NCBI GenBank assembly: GCA_964016885.1 | Contig: OZ024741.1 | Span: forward strand, 95,852,001 to 95,916,000 | DNA: 64,000 nt | From: Eledone cirrhosa | Lineage: Eukaryota | Direction of reading: 5' to 3' | In this document: positions 1 to 15,907 of the stretch, in pieces | How positions within the stretch are numbered: position 1 is the stretch's first letter | How the letters are laid out: the number at the start of each line of letters is the position of its first letter | Program-made: the position numbers and the translations under genes | Notes under the pieces: generated by a model | What the model was told of the DNA's origin: nothing | Seen by the model: only the letters and a program-made list of their open reading frames with translations | Database searches by the model: none

Positions 1-224
1 GCCAATTGCTTTTGTGTAGATGAGAATTAAAGACATTCGAGAGACATTTTATGTCAGCTGTCTCAGACATCTATAAAAGTTTTCATTGAAATAATGTCGC
101 ATTAAACAGCCGAATTCATGTTTCATACCTTCGGGAGATACAAGTCTATGCTTTATGGAATAATTATAGCTATGAACACACAAAACTATATAGTGGCTGT
201 AAGACAACAACAACGTCAGCACTT

Positions 225-257
225 ATGATGATGATGATGATGATGATGATGAGGATA

Positions 258-313
<56 letters not shown>
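225..313. repeat. (GAT)n microsatellite
   Basis: Direct reading. Confidence 0.95.
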
Positions 314-315
<2 letters not shown>

Positions 316-651
316 CAATTGGCTATGGCAAAAACAATTTTTCTGAAAAGTTATAAACATATATTGAGCTATGCAAAGTATTCGGATTAAACATAACTTT
401 GAAAAGCCCCTTTCTTAATAAATAATCTAAGTGCAAAATCAGAAATATTAACGAAATGACACCCCTTTGATAAGTACTTCTAAAATAATTGAAGAATTGA
501 AGATAATAATTGAAGATATTACCGTTCGATTAAAGGAATAAACATTTATCATCGTTACTCTTTATTTTAGGATTTCAAATACTCTATTATTTTTCTACAT
601 CATATTACAGATAATTATTCTCTCTATCCTCGTTTCTGTTTCATCAATTAA

Positions 652-682
652 TCTTCTTCTTCTTCTTCTTCTTCTTCTTCTT

Positions 683-713
<31 letters not shown>

Positions 714-906
714 GAGGGTCCTGTGGGCAGAGTCCTCACACCCTCCTTTCAGCGGGTCCTGTCAGAAGCAACCGACTCCAACTGATCAGGATGGACTCCC
801 AAGCGTGACCAGCCAAGCTTATGGATGTTATCCAACCATCTTCCTCGGGGTCTTACCCTGGGTCTCTTACTGGTTAGGTTTGCTCGTAAAATCTGTCCAG
901 CGTTTC
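652..906 (-). mobile_element. 3' end of an RTE-clade LINE with (GAA)n tail
   Basis: Minus strand reads RNAGQILRANLTSKRPRVRPRGRWLDNI...LESVASDRTR*, the RTE C-terminal KRPRGRP..RW motif, then runs into (GAA)n. Diverged relatives at about 15950-16140 (+) and 55290-55520 (+). Confidence 0.7.
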
Positions 907-1163
907 TAGAGTGGTAGGGTCACGCATATAAAATTGTGTGAAGATCCTTAAAGCGGGAAACAGAAGTTGATATCGGCCGCTACGAAGAATCGAACTTCGT
1001 ATCTCCCAGATACCGGCTAATAAAAGATACAGTATGTTAGAAAAAAAAAAAGAAAATAGAAATTGTTGGATGGCTTCTATAAGATGTTCATCGTAAGGTG
1101 TTTCTTAGTATTTATAGTATTAGAATTAGGGAGTAATGCTTAGTATTCATTATAATTGAGCAG

Positions 1164-1343
1164 TGGATTGGCAGTATCGGTAGAGGGTTGGACACCATGC
1201 TTTGCAGCATAGAGTTACGGCCCTTTATGATCTGAGTTCAGATCCCGCCGAGGTTAACTTGCCTTTCATGCTTACGGGGTCGACAAAATAAAGTACCAGT
1301 AATACACTGAGGTAATTGCTGGCCTTGTAGAAACAATTATAAT
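1164..1343 (+). mobile_element. tRNA-derived SINE (octopus-type family)
   Basis: A-box-like TGGCAGTATCGG and B-box-like GAGTTCAGATCC, body ...TAAAGTACCAGTAAT..., tail GTAGAAACAATTAT. More than 10 copies in the window. Confidence 0.85.
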
Positions 1344-1669
1344 TAAGGAAACCTTAAGAAAACAGGTCAATGTATCATGTCTAAACCATATTTATGTGTT
1401 CTGTTTATTACATTTGTTGTTCTTCGGATCTGAAATCCCGAATGCAGTTTAGAATTTATTGAAATGTCTTTTAAGCGCATCATAATTATGTCTGTCTTTC
1501 ACCTTGAACGTTACAACAGCGATAGGAATGATAATTTCTATCCACAAAACTGTGTTTAGTAAAGACGAAGATTAACTCTACTCATCGAGGACATCTTTTC
1601 AAAACATGAGTTTATTTATTAACCCGTCGCCAATATTGCATGTCATTCACGTCAATGCATGTTTGCTGT

Positions 1670-2497
<828 letters not shown>

Positions 2498-2909
2498 GTG
2501 TGTGTATGCCTGCGTGTTTGTGGTTTGTGTCTGTCTGAGTGTGGCTGTGCGTCTTAGTATATGTCTCTGCTTGTATGGGTGTCACTATAACGATGACTGT
2601 CGCTGACCAGACGACATCATCTATGTCAAATGACTGTGAATAAATGATTGCAGGCTATTGGTCAGATGAAGTGTTTAGTGTACCATGAACTTTGACCTTG
2701 GGTCAGACAGCCAAACCTTGATCGTTATGATACAATATTATCCTACAGTGATCTAATTACTGTGCCGTCAGTCCTAGCACCACTACAATAACTAACCACT
2801 GTCGCGATAAATACCATTCCCGTCGAGTTTACCACCATAACCCCTGACGTAACCAGCAGCAACAGCGCCACCACCATTACAACGTCAGCGGCGACAAATA
2901 CCATCTTCC

Positions 2910-3250
2910 ATCACCACCACCACCACCACCACCACACCCACCAACAACATCACCCATCACCACCATCACCAACACCACCTCTACCATCACTACACCACCA
3001 CTACCACCATCACCACCAACATCAAGATCCATCAACACCCACCACCAACACACCCATCACCGCCACCACCATCACTACCACTACCATCACCACCACCACC
3101 ACCACCATCACCACCAACACACCCATCACCCCCACCACCATCACCACCACCACCACCACCACCATCACCACAACCACCACCACCACCATCACCACCACTA
3201 CCACCACCACCACCGCCACCATCACCACCACCACCACCATCACCACCATA
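2910..3250. repeat. Degenerate (CAC/CAT)n low-complexity tract
   Basis: Direct reading. Confidence 0.9.
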
Positions 3251-3963
3251 AACATCCCCTCAAGTGGAATTGAAGTGGAATTTGGTAGATGGAAGCTGCA
3301 CAGAAGCCTGTCGCTTACACACTCTCACACACACATATAATCACACGCGCACCCCCCCCCCCCCCCCACACACACACACACACCCTGATTAGTTCTTTCG
3401 TTGTTTTGGTACTGTATGGTTGGGTTTTGCCTGCCGCAATTTTCAATTTGTCAAGTTATTTAAACGTAATGTTATAACTCTGAGGATCTACCCTTATTGA
3501 GTGCTTTGCTACTCATTCCTTATTGTAGGTCGACTTTGCTTGGCCACAGCCAGAGCTTCGATTTTACTAAGCTTCCATTATATATATATATATATATATA
3601 TACATGATTGGCTTCTGCACACCTTCTGTCTACCAAATTGTATATACATTTTCAAGGGCTGCTATATAGAAACATGGACTCTATCTCTAATTCCTTTTAA
3701 TGAATTTTCCCCTTTTCAAAATATGTACCAGACCAAATAAAGTCTGGATGATATGATCGACTAAACCATTGAAAAAGGTGCCCCAGCATGGCCCCAATAT
3801 AAGGTCTGAAACCAGCAAATATATCTCTGTAAATATGGTAGTCTGTGTATATATAAATATATGTATGTGTATATGTGCGTGCCTGTGTGTATGTATGTGT
3901 ATATATGTGTATAGATATATTCATTTACATGTGTATATTTGTGTGTATATTTATGAGAAGAGA

Positions 3964-4155
3964 ATAATTGTTTCTACTTTTGGCACAATGCCATCAATTA
4001 ACCAGTACATTACTGGTACTTTATTTTATCGACCCCGTAAGGATGAAAGGCAAAGTTAACCTCGGCGGGATTTGAACTCAGACTGTAAAGGGAGGACGTA
4101 ACTATGCTGGAAAGCATGGCGTCCGACTCTCTACCGATACTGCCAATCCACACCC
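3964..4155 (-). mobile_element. tRNA-derived SINE copy
   Basis: Reverse complement of the 1164-1343 family. Confidence 0.85.
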
Positions 4156-4871
4156 GTTTATGAGAAGAGAATAATACCATTCAAACGGATAAGTACTTGT
4201 ACTGTAACCAGTGACCTATGTAACGTGTGACCTGTCTGTTTTCAAATGACCTGAACTGTGTTGACAACTGTGCAAACACGTCATTGACGACATGGTCATG
4301 TGATGTTCACCCCAGTTACATCATATCACTTCCTGTCACTAATGCCATCTCTCCTCCTTTCTCCACTCCCACGTAATTGTCCACATTTTCACAGAAGTCT
4401 GTGAAACATATCTCAGTGTCAACTGTGTCAATCATATCACGGTTGTCAACTGTTGGCGGAAGAGGTGGTGATGGTGATGATGATAACAGCGCTGAGATGC
4501 TGAGAGGAAGGCGTGGTGATAATTGTAGTGTTGGTGATGACGATAGCTTTGATGGCGAAAGTATGAAAGGAGGAAAAGCAAAGTTTACCGCGGCGGGATT
4601 TGAACCCAGAGAGGAAAGAACCGAAGCGAATACCACAAAACATTCTATACGACGTTCTCAGGAAGAGTCATAGTGATTAACATGAAATTATGTAAGTACT
4701 CTGCTTCTAGATTTGATACTTTCTTCTACTGTCCATGCCATATCATGTTTTAGATGACATAGACATATATACGATGAACAGTTATAACAAATATGTGCGT
4801 ATGCATGTGTGTATGTATGTATGTATGCATGTGTGTATGTATGTATGTATGTATGTATGTATGTATGTATG

Positions 4872-6372
<1,501 letters not shown>

Positions 6373-6424
6373 ATGTATGTATGTATGTATGTATGTATGT
6401 ATGTATGTATGTATGTATGTATGT

Positions 6425-6811
6425 ACCCCTTAGCCTTTGTCAAGGCAGAATTCTAGGTGAAGGAAAACCCTGATATAACACCTGCAACCCTGATGGTATC
6501 CAATGATGTTGACTTGTTCTTCTTTTTGGTAAATATCATCTTGGTTAAGAGAGTGGGACTGGCTTTGTGCAGTGCCTTTGCTCACTATAAAAGCTTTACG
6601 GCACAGGCATTGCTTTATATCTGGAGATCTCTCTGCACTTGTACCATGGGCCCAGCACTATGTGTCAATAATTGTCACAAGTGTAGTGTTTGTACTAGAG
6701 TTTTCAAGTCGCTGGCTGGACTAAAAAGTCACTCGTTCAGCGCATCGGTAGGAGTTCTTCTACATGGATATAAAGTAGTGGCCGTACTCGAAAACGAGTT
6801 GGCAGCCATCA
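6425..6811 (+). mobile_element. 5'-truncated SINE-like element, family Y
   Basis: Matches 7055-7454. Ends GTACTCGAAAACGAGTTGGCAGCCATCA plus (TGTA)n. Confidence 0.75.
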
Positions 6812-6844
6812 TGTATGTATGTATGTATGTATGTATGTATGTTG

Positions 6845-7454
6845 TGTCAGGTCACCAGTTGGTGCTACTGGTAACATGTATCCCAGTACAACCTGTCTCA
6901 TGGTCGGGTCGTTGGCGACTAAACTGGCAACCCCACCAAGGTTTCTTGGTGAGGAGGGTGACTTTGGACATCCTGCAGGACTAAAAACAAAACCTGTCAA
7001 AGGGCAAAGGAGCTCTTAAGAGTCAATGGCCTTCCAAAATCACCGGGAGAGATGACCCCTTAGCCTTTGTCAAGGCAGAATTCTAGGAGAAGGAAAACTC
7101 TGATATAACACCTGCAACCCTGATGGTATCCAATGATGTTGACTTGTTCTTCTTTTTGGTAAATATCATCTTGGTTAAGAGAGTGGGACTGGCTTTGTGC
7201 AATGCCTTTGCTCACTATAAAAGCTTCACGGCACAGGCATTGCTTTATATCTGGAGATCTCTCTGCACTTGTCATCACATGGTACCATGGGCCCAGCACT
7301 GTGTGTCAATAATTGTCACAGGTGTAGTGTTTGTACCAGAGTTTTCAAGTCGCTGGCTGGACTCAAAAGTCACACTCGTTCAGCGCATCGGTAGGGGTTC
7401 TCCTACATGGATATAAAGTAGTGGCCGTACTCGAAAACGAGTTGGCAGCCACCA
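6845..7454 (+). mobile_element. RTE-derived bipartite SINE-like element, family Y
   Basis: Same head as family X with variants, CTAGGAGAAGGAAAACTCTGATAT motif, and the shared 3' stem-loop plus (TGTA)n. Copy at 34447-34996. Confidence 0.75.
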
Positions 7455-7528
7455 TGTATGTATGTATGTATGTATGTATGTATGTATGTATGTATGTATG
7501 TATGTATGTATGTATGTATGTTTGTGTG

Positions 7529-7892
7529 TATAAAGTTATAAAGTGAAACCAGCGGTTGACTACCAGGCTGCTGTCGAAGATGCTACTCATCACACCTGTC
7601 AGGCGTATAAAAAAAGAGTAGATCAGCAGGAGAGCTCAAACAACATGCAAAACTACATGAAGACCAGCCTCAGCCGGCTATTGTCAGTGAATGTTTTTAC
7701 CATGGTTGTCAACTCTGTGCAAGACATTTTAGATCATTGGTTGGGCTAAAAAAGCTACATTCGATCGCAGCACTGTTAATTATTAATATATATATTTGTG
7801 TGTGTGTATTTTTTAGCTTTTTTATTTTTATTTATTTTTATCTTATTTTATCGTGCAATGGTCATACTCGATAACGAGGAGGCAGCCATCAT
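7529..7892 (+). mobile_element. Degraded 3' fragment of an RTE-type LINE (C2H2 finger region and tail)
   Basis: Homologous to about 35300-35500. Ends GTCATACTCGATAACGAGGAGGCAGCCATCA, the same tail as families X, Y and Z. Confidence 0.6.
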
Positions 7893-7911
7893 GTTGTATG
7901 TATGTATATCT

Positions 7912-8229
7912 TTTTTGTGGAGCGAGGGACTCCTAGTTTTCGTTAAGACATCTCTCTAGGAGAAGTTCACTCTGATATAAAACCAGCATCCAATGATTTA
8001 GATCAGTTCTTCTTTTTGGGTAAATGCATTCGATGTTCAGAGAGTGGGATTGGCCTTTCCTCACTTAAAAAAAGCTTCATATGTGACATCTTTTGATAAG
8101 TCACATTTTTGCGATGCAGGGTACTGCTGGCCATAGGCAAGTCCCTAACCGGACTAAAAAGCCACGTCCGTGATGCCCACGCTTAGGTATCAACCAGTGG
8201 CTTTACTCGAAATATAGTTGCAGCCATCA
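7912..8229 (+). mobile_element. SINE-like element, family Z
   Basis: CTAGGAGAAG...CTCTGATATAA motif and GCAGCCATCA(TGTA)n tail. Diverged copy at 31005-31300. Confidence 0.6.
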
Positions 8230-8257
8230 TGTATGTATGTAATGTAATGTATGTATG

Positions 8258-9239
8258 TTCTTCTGGTTTTATAATTTCACAAAGTTTTACCAATAGAGAG
8301 AGAGTCGGTTTCTAACATAGACACAAGACTCTCTCATTGGAATTTACACAACATCATCTAGGTAGATATGTATGCATGCATGTGTAGATATGGATGTATT
8401 GTATGTGTGGATGTGTATGTTTTGAGTTGTATGTGTGCATGTGTATATGCTTTGCATCTGTACATGTGTATATGCAGTTATTAGATGCAAAATTGTTGGA
8501 ATGTTTTACATATTTTTACTGTTCCATGAATGGATTGTACTTGTAATTTCCTAACTAGTTGTGTTCTTTCTGTTCCTGTGAAGCCTAGCTTCTCAAGATT
8601 TGTATTGAGGCAGTTACTAACATACCCCAGTGCCCCAATAATCACAGGCATAAATCTGAAGGTGTAATCAGAGTGGAGTATCTGCAGATTTCTCATCAGT
8701 TCTGCATAAATATTCTCCTTTTCACTAATCTTTGATATTATATTGGCATCTGCTGGGCAGCTAATTTCCACTACTGTGCATGCCTTCTTATCCCTGTCCC
8801 ATATCATAATATCTGGTCTGTTATGCCTGCATTTTATTGGGGTTTTTACTGGAACATTCCACCAGTACTCTTTCATATTATGTACATGGATGTCTTCCAC
8901 ATTGCTGTAGCTTTTAATGTGTTTATTATCGGGGCTATCCTTTTTACGAACTGCATTGTACAGTGTTTTGGCCACTGCATCATGCCTCATAGGTAGATAG
9001 TACCGCGATGACATCTTTGGACAGCTGCTGATGACATAGATGATATCCTCGATGTTAGCTCTGCAGAGTCTGCACTTGTTATCACATCTAGGTGTTTTGC
9101 CTGAATCCCTATCTCTTTTGTGAATCAGGTATTTCGTGTTAATCTTCTGTTCTTGGATTGCAAAAGCGTATCCTTCAAAGTGGGAGCCAATATAGCGGTT
9201 GTTGGTCCAAGATAGACTACTTTCCTTATCTATATTACT
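8258..9239 (-). mobile_element. 5'-truncated R4/Dong-like retrotransposon, family B
   Basis: ORF 8481-9014 has RHD, EYWWN, HNRPDI, VVEISCP, KISEKENIY and PVIIGALG, with CRLC upstream. Both ends abut (TATG)n. Confidence 0.88.
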
Positions 9240-9330
9240 GTATGTATGTATGTATGTATGTATGTATGTATGTATGTATGTATGTATGTATGTATGTATG
9301 TGTGTATGTGTGTATGTATGTACGTATGTA

Positions 9331-9530
9331 CACTTTCAACTTGGTTTCATTGTGATTCCTTGCCTACCCCACCAACTGTCGCTGAGCCTTCCAAATGAAT
9401 CACTTGCTTTGCTAACACGCAGACCAACTTCAGCACTCAGAGAGCAGGTTACACTCAGAGTACTCCCAAATAGAGAACTATGAACTCCACGGTATTGTGA
9501 AGGTTCACAGGCACTGTTGTAATATACGTC
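9331..9530 (-). mobile_element. RTE-clade reverse transcriptase fragment
   Basis: Minus strand reads YLGSTL...EVGLRVSKASDSFGRL..., the typical RTE motif after YLGS. Frameshifted. Confidence 0.6.
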
Positions 9531-10839
9531 AGTGTGCTAGGCAAGATGCTCTACGGTCAATTTTGTGTCTCACCTTTCCAGGGTCGATGTAATCGGTCGT
9601 TAGCTTTCCGTCCTATATTTCTGGTCTTGTGCTTGTGTATGAACTTATATTATACTGTGAAACCATTGAAGTTGACTTACAACACGAAACTATCTTCATA
9701 TTGTATCTATAGTTAACTTATTTATTTCTATATATTTTTAGATAACATTTCATAATCGAATTCAGTTATTATATTATAGTGAGTGTTTTTTAATGCTCAG
9801 ATCAGATTTTAATAATATCTGTTCGCTAAAATGTTTTGAAAGCTTAGTTTTATCTTCATAATACATATGTTGGTAGTTATTTTTTTCATGTAATTTTATT
9901 TGTATATATTAAAAAAAATTCTATGATATCATTTCGTTTCCATACCTTCCGCTTCCGCATGTTATTCCTCTAACTAAAACACATTTAAAATTCTTGTGAT
10001 ATATACATTTTCGTTTTTATATCTTCTTGACTGCACCATATTTTTCTTTTTATTAACACAGTATAACTATTTCATATTTCAATTATAGTTATAACTCTCG
10101 TATATTTTTCATTCCTATTAGTTATTACATTATATTTTGCTGAGGTATCAATTCACTTTTGTTTGCTAAATTTTCATTCATGTATAGATTTCTTCAATGT
10201 TTACCCAGCACTGTTTTTAGCGGTGGAGATGGTGGTATTTATGGTAGGGAGATCACAGTGGTAGCAATGATAGTATACATTATTAAGGTAGTCACACGCG
10301 TACAGCTTTGCTTGTTTTCCATACATTTCATCCATCTGAAATATGTTCACATTTAGCATTACATAGAGCGTTTGCTTTTTAATGTTTATTGTTTGCTTTT
10401 CAATATTTTATTTCAACGTTTTAAAATATCCACTGACTTTTATCAATATAAATCTTAATTGAATTTGTTCGAGTTTAGTGTTATATACTTTTATTATTTT
10501 ATTATTTTACTGACTTCAATCTTAGAACAGTAGCCATGCTGGGGTATTACCTCCAGTCAGTTATGTCAGCCCAAGGACTTATATTATCGAATGTTATTTA
10601 TTTTATCGACCTCTTAAGAATGAAAGGTAAGGTCGATTTATATTTTTTTCTGTTAACTCTTGAAAATGCTATGTCTGTAAATTCTACGGTCGGTTTTATT
10701 CTTTCTACAAGCTACCAAGCATAAAAAAGAAGCATAACTTACTGGTTGAAAAGCACTAAGAATTTATAGTATTCGGGGATGTTTGTGCAAAATATAAATT
10801 TTGCAAGTTGTATTATTAAACTGAAAGTGTGTTGCATAA

Positions 10840-12011
10840 AGTTGGGGAACATTGTCGAAAACAGTTTTAGTTGTCCTGCTCTTTACAGTTGTTCCTATCT
10901 AATTTTATGGTGCTAAGTTCAGGAATGCCCTCAGAAATTTTCTATAAATGTTTTTGTTAAGCAAGAATTCATTTTTTATTTTAAAATGTTAATTTCGCCA
11001 TTAAATACAATACTGAAATAAGAAGCTAACACAAATCAAATATTACTTTATATTGTTTAACAAATATATAACACAAACTGCTTAATTACATATCTTAGGA
11101 TACGTGTTTTTGTCAAACTGGAGTCTCAGCTACTCAAGGAATGAACTTTCTCTTTGCTGCTTTGCCTGAATAACTTGGATCGCGACAGTTGTCAGCCATT
11201 ATGTTTGTGCTCCACCTGTTTTTATACCTAGACTCCATGGTCTTGTCTTGATGGAACCCTTCTCCTTTCTCATCACTCATTGAACCAAGATTTTCAGAGA
11301 AGTAGTCCAGGTGACTGTGCAAGAAATTCACTTTTACACTCAGGTTAAGTGGCCATATATTCAAGCTAGTTGTCACCTGAGAAAAGCATTCTCAGAATTG
11401 TCAACAGTTATAAAGTAAAGAAATGCAGGTTTGTGGTGGCAAAGTTCCATAAAGAGCATAATTACCATGAAGTTTTTTCTACAATTCTTTGACCTTGCTT
11501 GACAAAAAGAGACGTTGTCCCATGTGACCTCGCATCTACAACATTAAGAGAAAAATACAGCAAATTCCACAAATATGAGACATGTATGATGTCAAGGACC
11601 ACAAAAATGCGTTGCTTATTAACATCTAACTGTAAAAAGAATATTTTTGTTATCATCATGACATTTAAAACTGGTTAGATTGAAAATAGTGATAGTGTTA
11701 CATGTTTTTATTTACTGAAGATACTTAAATCAAGACATTTGTTTTCACTTTTTTAGTTGAATTTACTTTAAATGACATTGAAAAACTGTTTTCAAAGTTA
11801 TGTCAAGTTCCATACATGCGTCTGTATTTGATGAAGCCAAATCTATTCCTAGAAATGGTGACAATACCGGAAATGTTGAGACATGGCCATTTGAGTTAGT
11901 GAATAATCTTGACGCATAGAGCAAAAATGGATTTCATTTTTGAAATCAGCACCCCAAAATTACTAAGAAACGTGCCTCCAGCATCAGACAACAAAACCAT
12001 GTTCCCCAGTG
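10840..12011 (-). mobile_element. Internally deleted DNA transposon, Chapaev3/CMC-like
   Basis: Remnant FLHSHLDYFSENLGSMSDEKGEGFHQD...W...MAD (11134-11376). Right terminus reads CACTGGGGAAC on the minus strand, the left terminus is the degenerate AGTTGGGGAAC, and TAA flanks both sides. Confidence 0.6.
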
Positions 12012-12454
12012 TAATTTGTAATTGTAAAGTTGTGAGATCTGGAAGAATATTTGTTTTTTATTCATGTTCTTCATTATCATACATATTGCACCAATTATTG
12101 GTATTCGTTTTACTGCCGCAGCCCACATATTAATTATTTCATTTCGAGGACCTTTTTATTTGTATTGCTTTACAAGAACTTTCTGAGAATGTTCTAGTCA
12201 GAAAGATTCGTCATAACTATCAGAGAGCATAGTTTTCCTTTTCTGTTTCCGACCATAATATTTGAACAGTTTGCTATGATATAGACAAGTACTGATTTTG
12301 AGGCAGGTAAAATCAGCTCTTCCGCAGTGTCAATAGAGCTTTTAACCAGTTATTTGCTTTCATATTAATTCACATCATGTCTGACTATTGAGAAAGTTAT
12401 TGACCTACATCCTCTCTAATTCTTTTTTATTTTCAATTTTTTTTTCATGTTATT

Positions 12455-12810
12455 AATAAAAATAAAAAAAAAATCATAAACAAATCTATTTCAAATAACA
12501 TCAACACTACAGATATTAAAAAACAGAAAATGAAAGGGCAAGGGCTCTGTGATCACAGAAGAATGGGAGGGGAAAGAAGGAGGGTGATGGGCTCTGTACC
12601 TAGGGCGAGGATGATGTTGGGGCTGCGCCCCGCGGACAACACCGCAGAAGCATTTCCGCAGACAATGGCCAGAGACACCCGCTGAAACAGCCACCTCACC
12701 TCGTGGAGTTCCTTCCTCAGACGGGCAGCCGACATTCCGATCTTGCGGAGGAATTCGGCAGTATAAGGTCCAAGTACGCCGGAAGTCTTGACGGCGACCG
12801 AGTCAGGATT
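12455..12810 (-). mobile_element. 3' fragment of a CRE-like (REL) non-LTR retrotransposon
   Basis: VAVKTSGVLGP...FLRKIG...WLFQRVSLAIVCGNASAVL matches the C-terminal LFQR(L/I)S.AIQRGNA motif. Confidence 0.6.
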
Positions 12811-13126
12811 ATTTCTCCATTTTTCTTCAATATTGTTTTTAGTTTCTTTTGGCTTTATATTATTTTAATCTTTATATTGTTTTGTACATATCTGAACCTT
12901 TTTTCATTGATATAAGTGTTTAGTTAACAATTACTTCTTTTCCTATATACACAAAAGTATTCCTTTGTGATGACCCCTTTCCCTAACTATTGTAATTAAT
13001 TAACATTTACTTTCTTCTACGTATTTTTATATATCTACTTACCCATAAGACAATATTTCACATATCTGAAGAACACAGAAGATGGTACAGATAAAACAGT
13101 GATTGAAACTACTAAAAACCCACAAA

Positions 13127-13750
13127 ATAATTGTTTCTACTTTTTGGCACAAGGCCAGCAATTACCCAGTGCATTACTGGTACTTTATTTTATCGACCCC
13201 ATAAGGATGAAAGGCAAAGTCAACCTCAGCGAGATTTGAACTCAGATCGTAAAGGGACGTAACTACGCTGGAAAGCATGTCCGACCCTTTACCGATACTG
13301 CCAATTCACCGCCCAATTCACCCACAAAATAATGGTTTCTAACTTTTGCTACAAGACAAGCAGTTTTGAGGGAAATGTCGAATATATGAACTAAGTTATT
13401 GATTGATGCTTTAGTTTATCGACCCCGGAAATATAAAAGGCAAATTTGACCTCGGCCAGACCTGAGACCGTAAATGGAGAAAGTCGTATCTAAATATCGC
13501 AAAGTATTTTGTCCAACGCTCTACCAATACTGCCAATACATCGTCTTTAACACTTATACGCACAATACTACAAATTTCGGGGATAGGTAGAGTCGATTAA
13601 ATCGATTCCAATACTTGATTGTTAATTTATTTAATTGATCTCCGAAGATGAAAAGGAATATTGATTTGGGTGGGATTTGAACTCAGAAGGAAAATGCATG
13701 AACATACAATGCAAATATTTTGTCGTACACTAAAGATTCTGTCAATCTAC
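13127..13750 (-). mobile_element. Cluster of three tRNA-SINE copies of increasing divergence
   Basis: 13127-13313 is close to consensus. About 13328-13540 and 13550-13750 are older. Confidence 0.7.
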
Positions 13751-14727
13751 TGCACTACAATTATTTTATGTCAAAAGCTGGATCATAAGTGGCTCAGTCA
13801 TTAAAAAAATCGTATTATAAGCATACTATTCTAACAAACTAAACAAGCCAGTCTACAGATGTAAATATACATTATCGATGTAACCGCACATATAGTAAAT
13901 AAACACTGAAAAAGTAATGAAAATTGTATAACCGTACAAACCATGCATCTAAGGAAGAACTCACGATGACAACGAGATAATAATACGCAACACGATAAAA
14001 TTAATAATACAAAACCTCAACTTTATGAAAACAACTGTAAATTATCTATCATATTACATCAAACCGTTTTCAAAATGGAAGAGACACATATGGTATACCA
14101 TGTCTGAATAAAAAGCAAGAACAGAAAATAACTGGGTAGTCTAGACAGGAATGCTTTCATCATAGCTCTGCTGAATCAGAGTTGCCCTGTCGCTAAACAG
14201 AAACAACTAGCCACAACAAACAATATCGCCTCCGTACATGAAAATGAATTGAACAAGGCGTCAGAAAATAATAATTAAAGACAACTGTGAGAAATAATTA
14301 TCAGAAATGATAAAAACATAGAAGTTACTTGAACAAACTATATCATAGTTTTACATCAGACATTTTGAAAATGTGGTTTAGAGTTTTTTCACGTTTGTTG
14401 CTAATGGTTGTTTGATTCAACATGGTTTTTTTTATGTGCCAAGAGTTACAGGAGAGCAATGAAGACAAGAAGTCTCTCTGATTACATTTAATATTCTAAA
14501 AACTGAATAATATTGAATACATTGTTGATTATCTAAAAATATAATTAACGAAGCAATGTTTCAAGGTAGACACAGACAATATAAATAAACTATGGCAGCC
14601 TTATATTATAGCAAAACTTAAATGAATATAATTGACATTGGATATTTCGCAGCAAATTGTGATAATGATGGTTGCATTGATGGTAATGATGTTGCTGATG
14701 ATGTTTTGATGGTAACTTTGATGGTAA

Positions 14728-15392
14728 CTTTGCCTTTCATCCTTACGGGGTGGATAAAATAAAGTACCAGTAATGTACTGGTTAATTGCTGGCCTTGTGC
14801 CAAAAGTAGAAACAATTATTATTATCGTTACTATTATTTTTTCATACTCAGACTGAATTGCTGTCGTCAAAATTACCCTGCTGGAGAGGGTTATACCATA
14901 TGACTAAGGGTCTTACTGTTCGCAATTAGTTACCTGGAGTTGTATTAAGAAAATATTCACAATAGCAAAAGTCATACTCCCACGACATAAGTTATTCTCA
15001 CATGATATAGGAATGGACTTTGATTATTCACTAATAATTGATTCTACTTTTGGCACAAGGCCATCAATTACCCAGTACATTACTGATACTTTATTTTATC
15101 AACCCCGTAAGGATGAAAGGCAAAGTTAACCTCAACGGGATTTGAACTCAGACCGTAAAGGGCCGTAACTATGCTGGAAAGCATGGCGTCCGACCCTCTA
15201 CTGATACTGCCAATTCACATCGGTAGAGGGTCGAACGCCATGTTTAGCAGCATAGAGTTACAGCCCTTTAGGGTCTGAGTTCAAATCCCACCGTGGTTAA
15301 CTCTGCCTTTCATCCTTCCAAGGTTGATAAAATAAAGTACCAGTAATGCACTGGGATAATTGCTGGCCTTGTGCCAAAAGTAGAAACAATTA
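14728..15392. mobile_element. SINE cluster: partial + copy (14728-14820), - copy (15033-15218), + copy (15219-15392)
   Basis: Matches to the SINE consensus. The last two copies are head-to-head. Confidence 0.8.
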
Positions 15393-15394
15393 TT

Positions 15395-15907
15395 ATTATC
15401 GTTACTATTATTTTTTCATACTCAGACTGAATTGCTGTCGTCAAAATTACCCTGCTGGAGAGGGTTATACCAAATGACTAAGGGTCTTACTGTTCCTCCT
15501 CAAACACTAGATTTATAGTACCCTTCACAAAATTCTGGCTACTCCCAGGAATGCAATCCTTTGCAGCACTTCGGTACACATTTCAATACCAACCTTTGAC
15601 ATCCAATTTTGCCTCTTCCTTGTTACAACACCAAGAGCTCCAACAACTATCAGAATGTCCTATACCCTATTTAATTCCAAAACACACTTTAGTTCATGCT
15701 TTAGGTCTTCATATTTTTCTTCCTTTTCATCCCTTTTTTTTCTGCCAGCTTGTCATTTCTACGTACCGCTATGTCAATCAAGGGACAATGTCTTGTCTAC
15801 CAAGATCAAATTCAGATCAGTTCATCTTGTATGTTGAAGTCACACAAAAGCTTCACATTTTGATTTCCAAGCTCGAGTTTGGGCTTGAGGTCATGTCATT
15901 TTTGGGA
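15395..15907 (-). mobile_element. Old 5'-truncated Dong/R4-like REL element in (TAA)n
   Basis: Minus strand reads ...IVVGALGVV... and EVLQRIAFLGVARIL*RVL*, the REL C-terminal LQ..A.LG.ARILR.VL motif. Flanked by TTATTATTAT on both sides. Confidence 0.6.

Noticed and set aside
1164-1260. tRNA gene
   Set aside because: A and B boxes are present but there is no convincing cloverleaf, and it is always attached to the SINE body.
4316-4673. Possible host exon (ORFs on both strands)
   Set aside because: No recognisable domain or clear splice sites, and the right part is a SINE-like fragment. It cannot be excluded without RNA-seq.
13066-13115. Hammerhead at CTGAAGA...GAAA (similar cases at 25709 and 55833)
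   Set aside because: Stems I and III and the NUH triplet could not be formed. At best these are heavily decayed.
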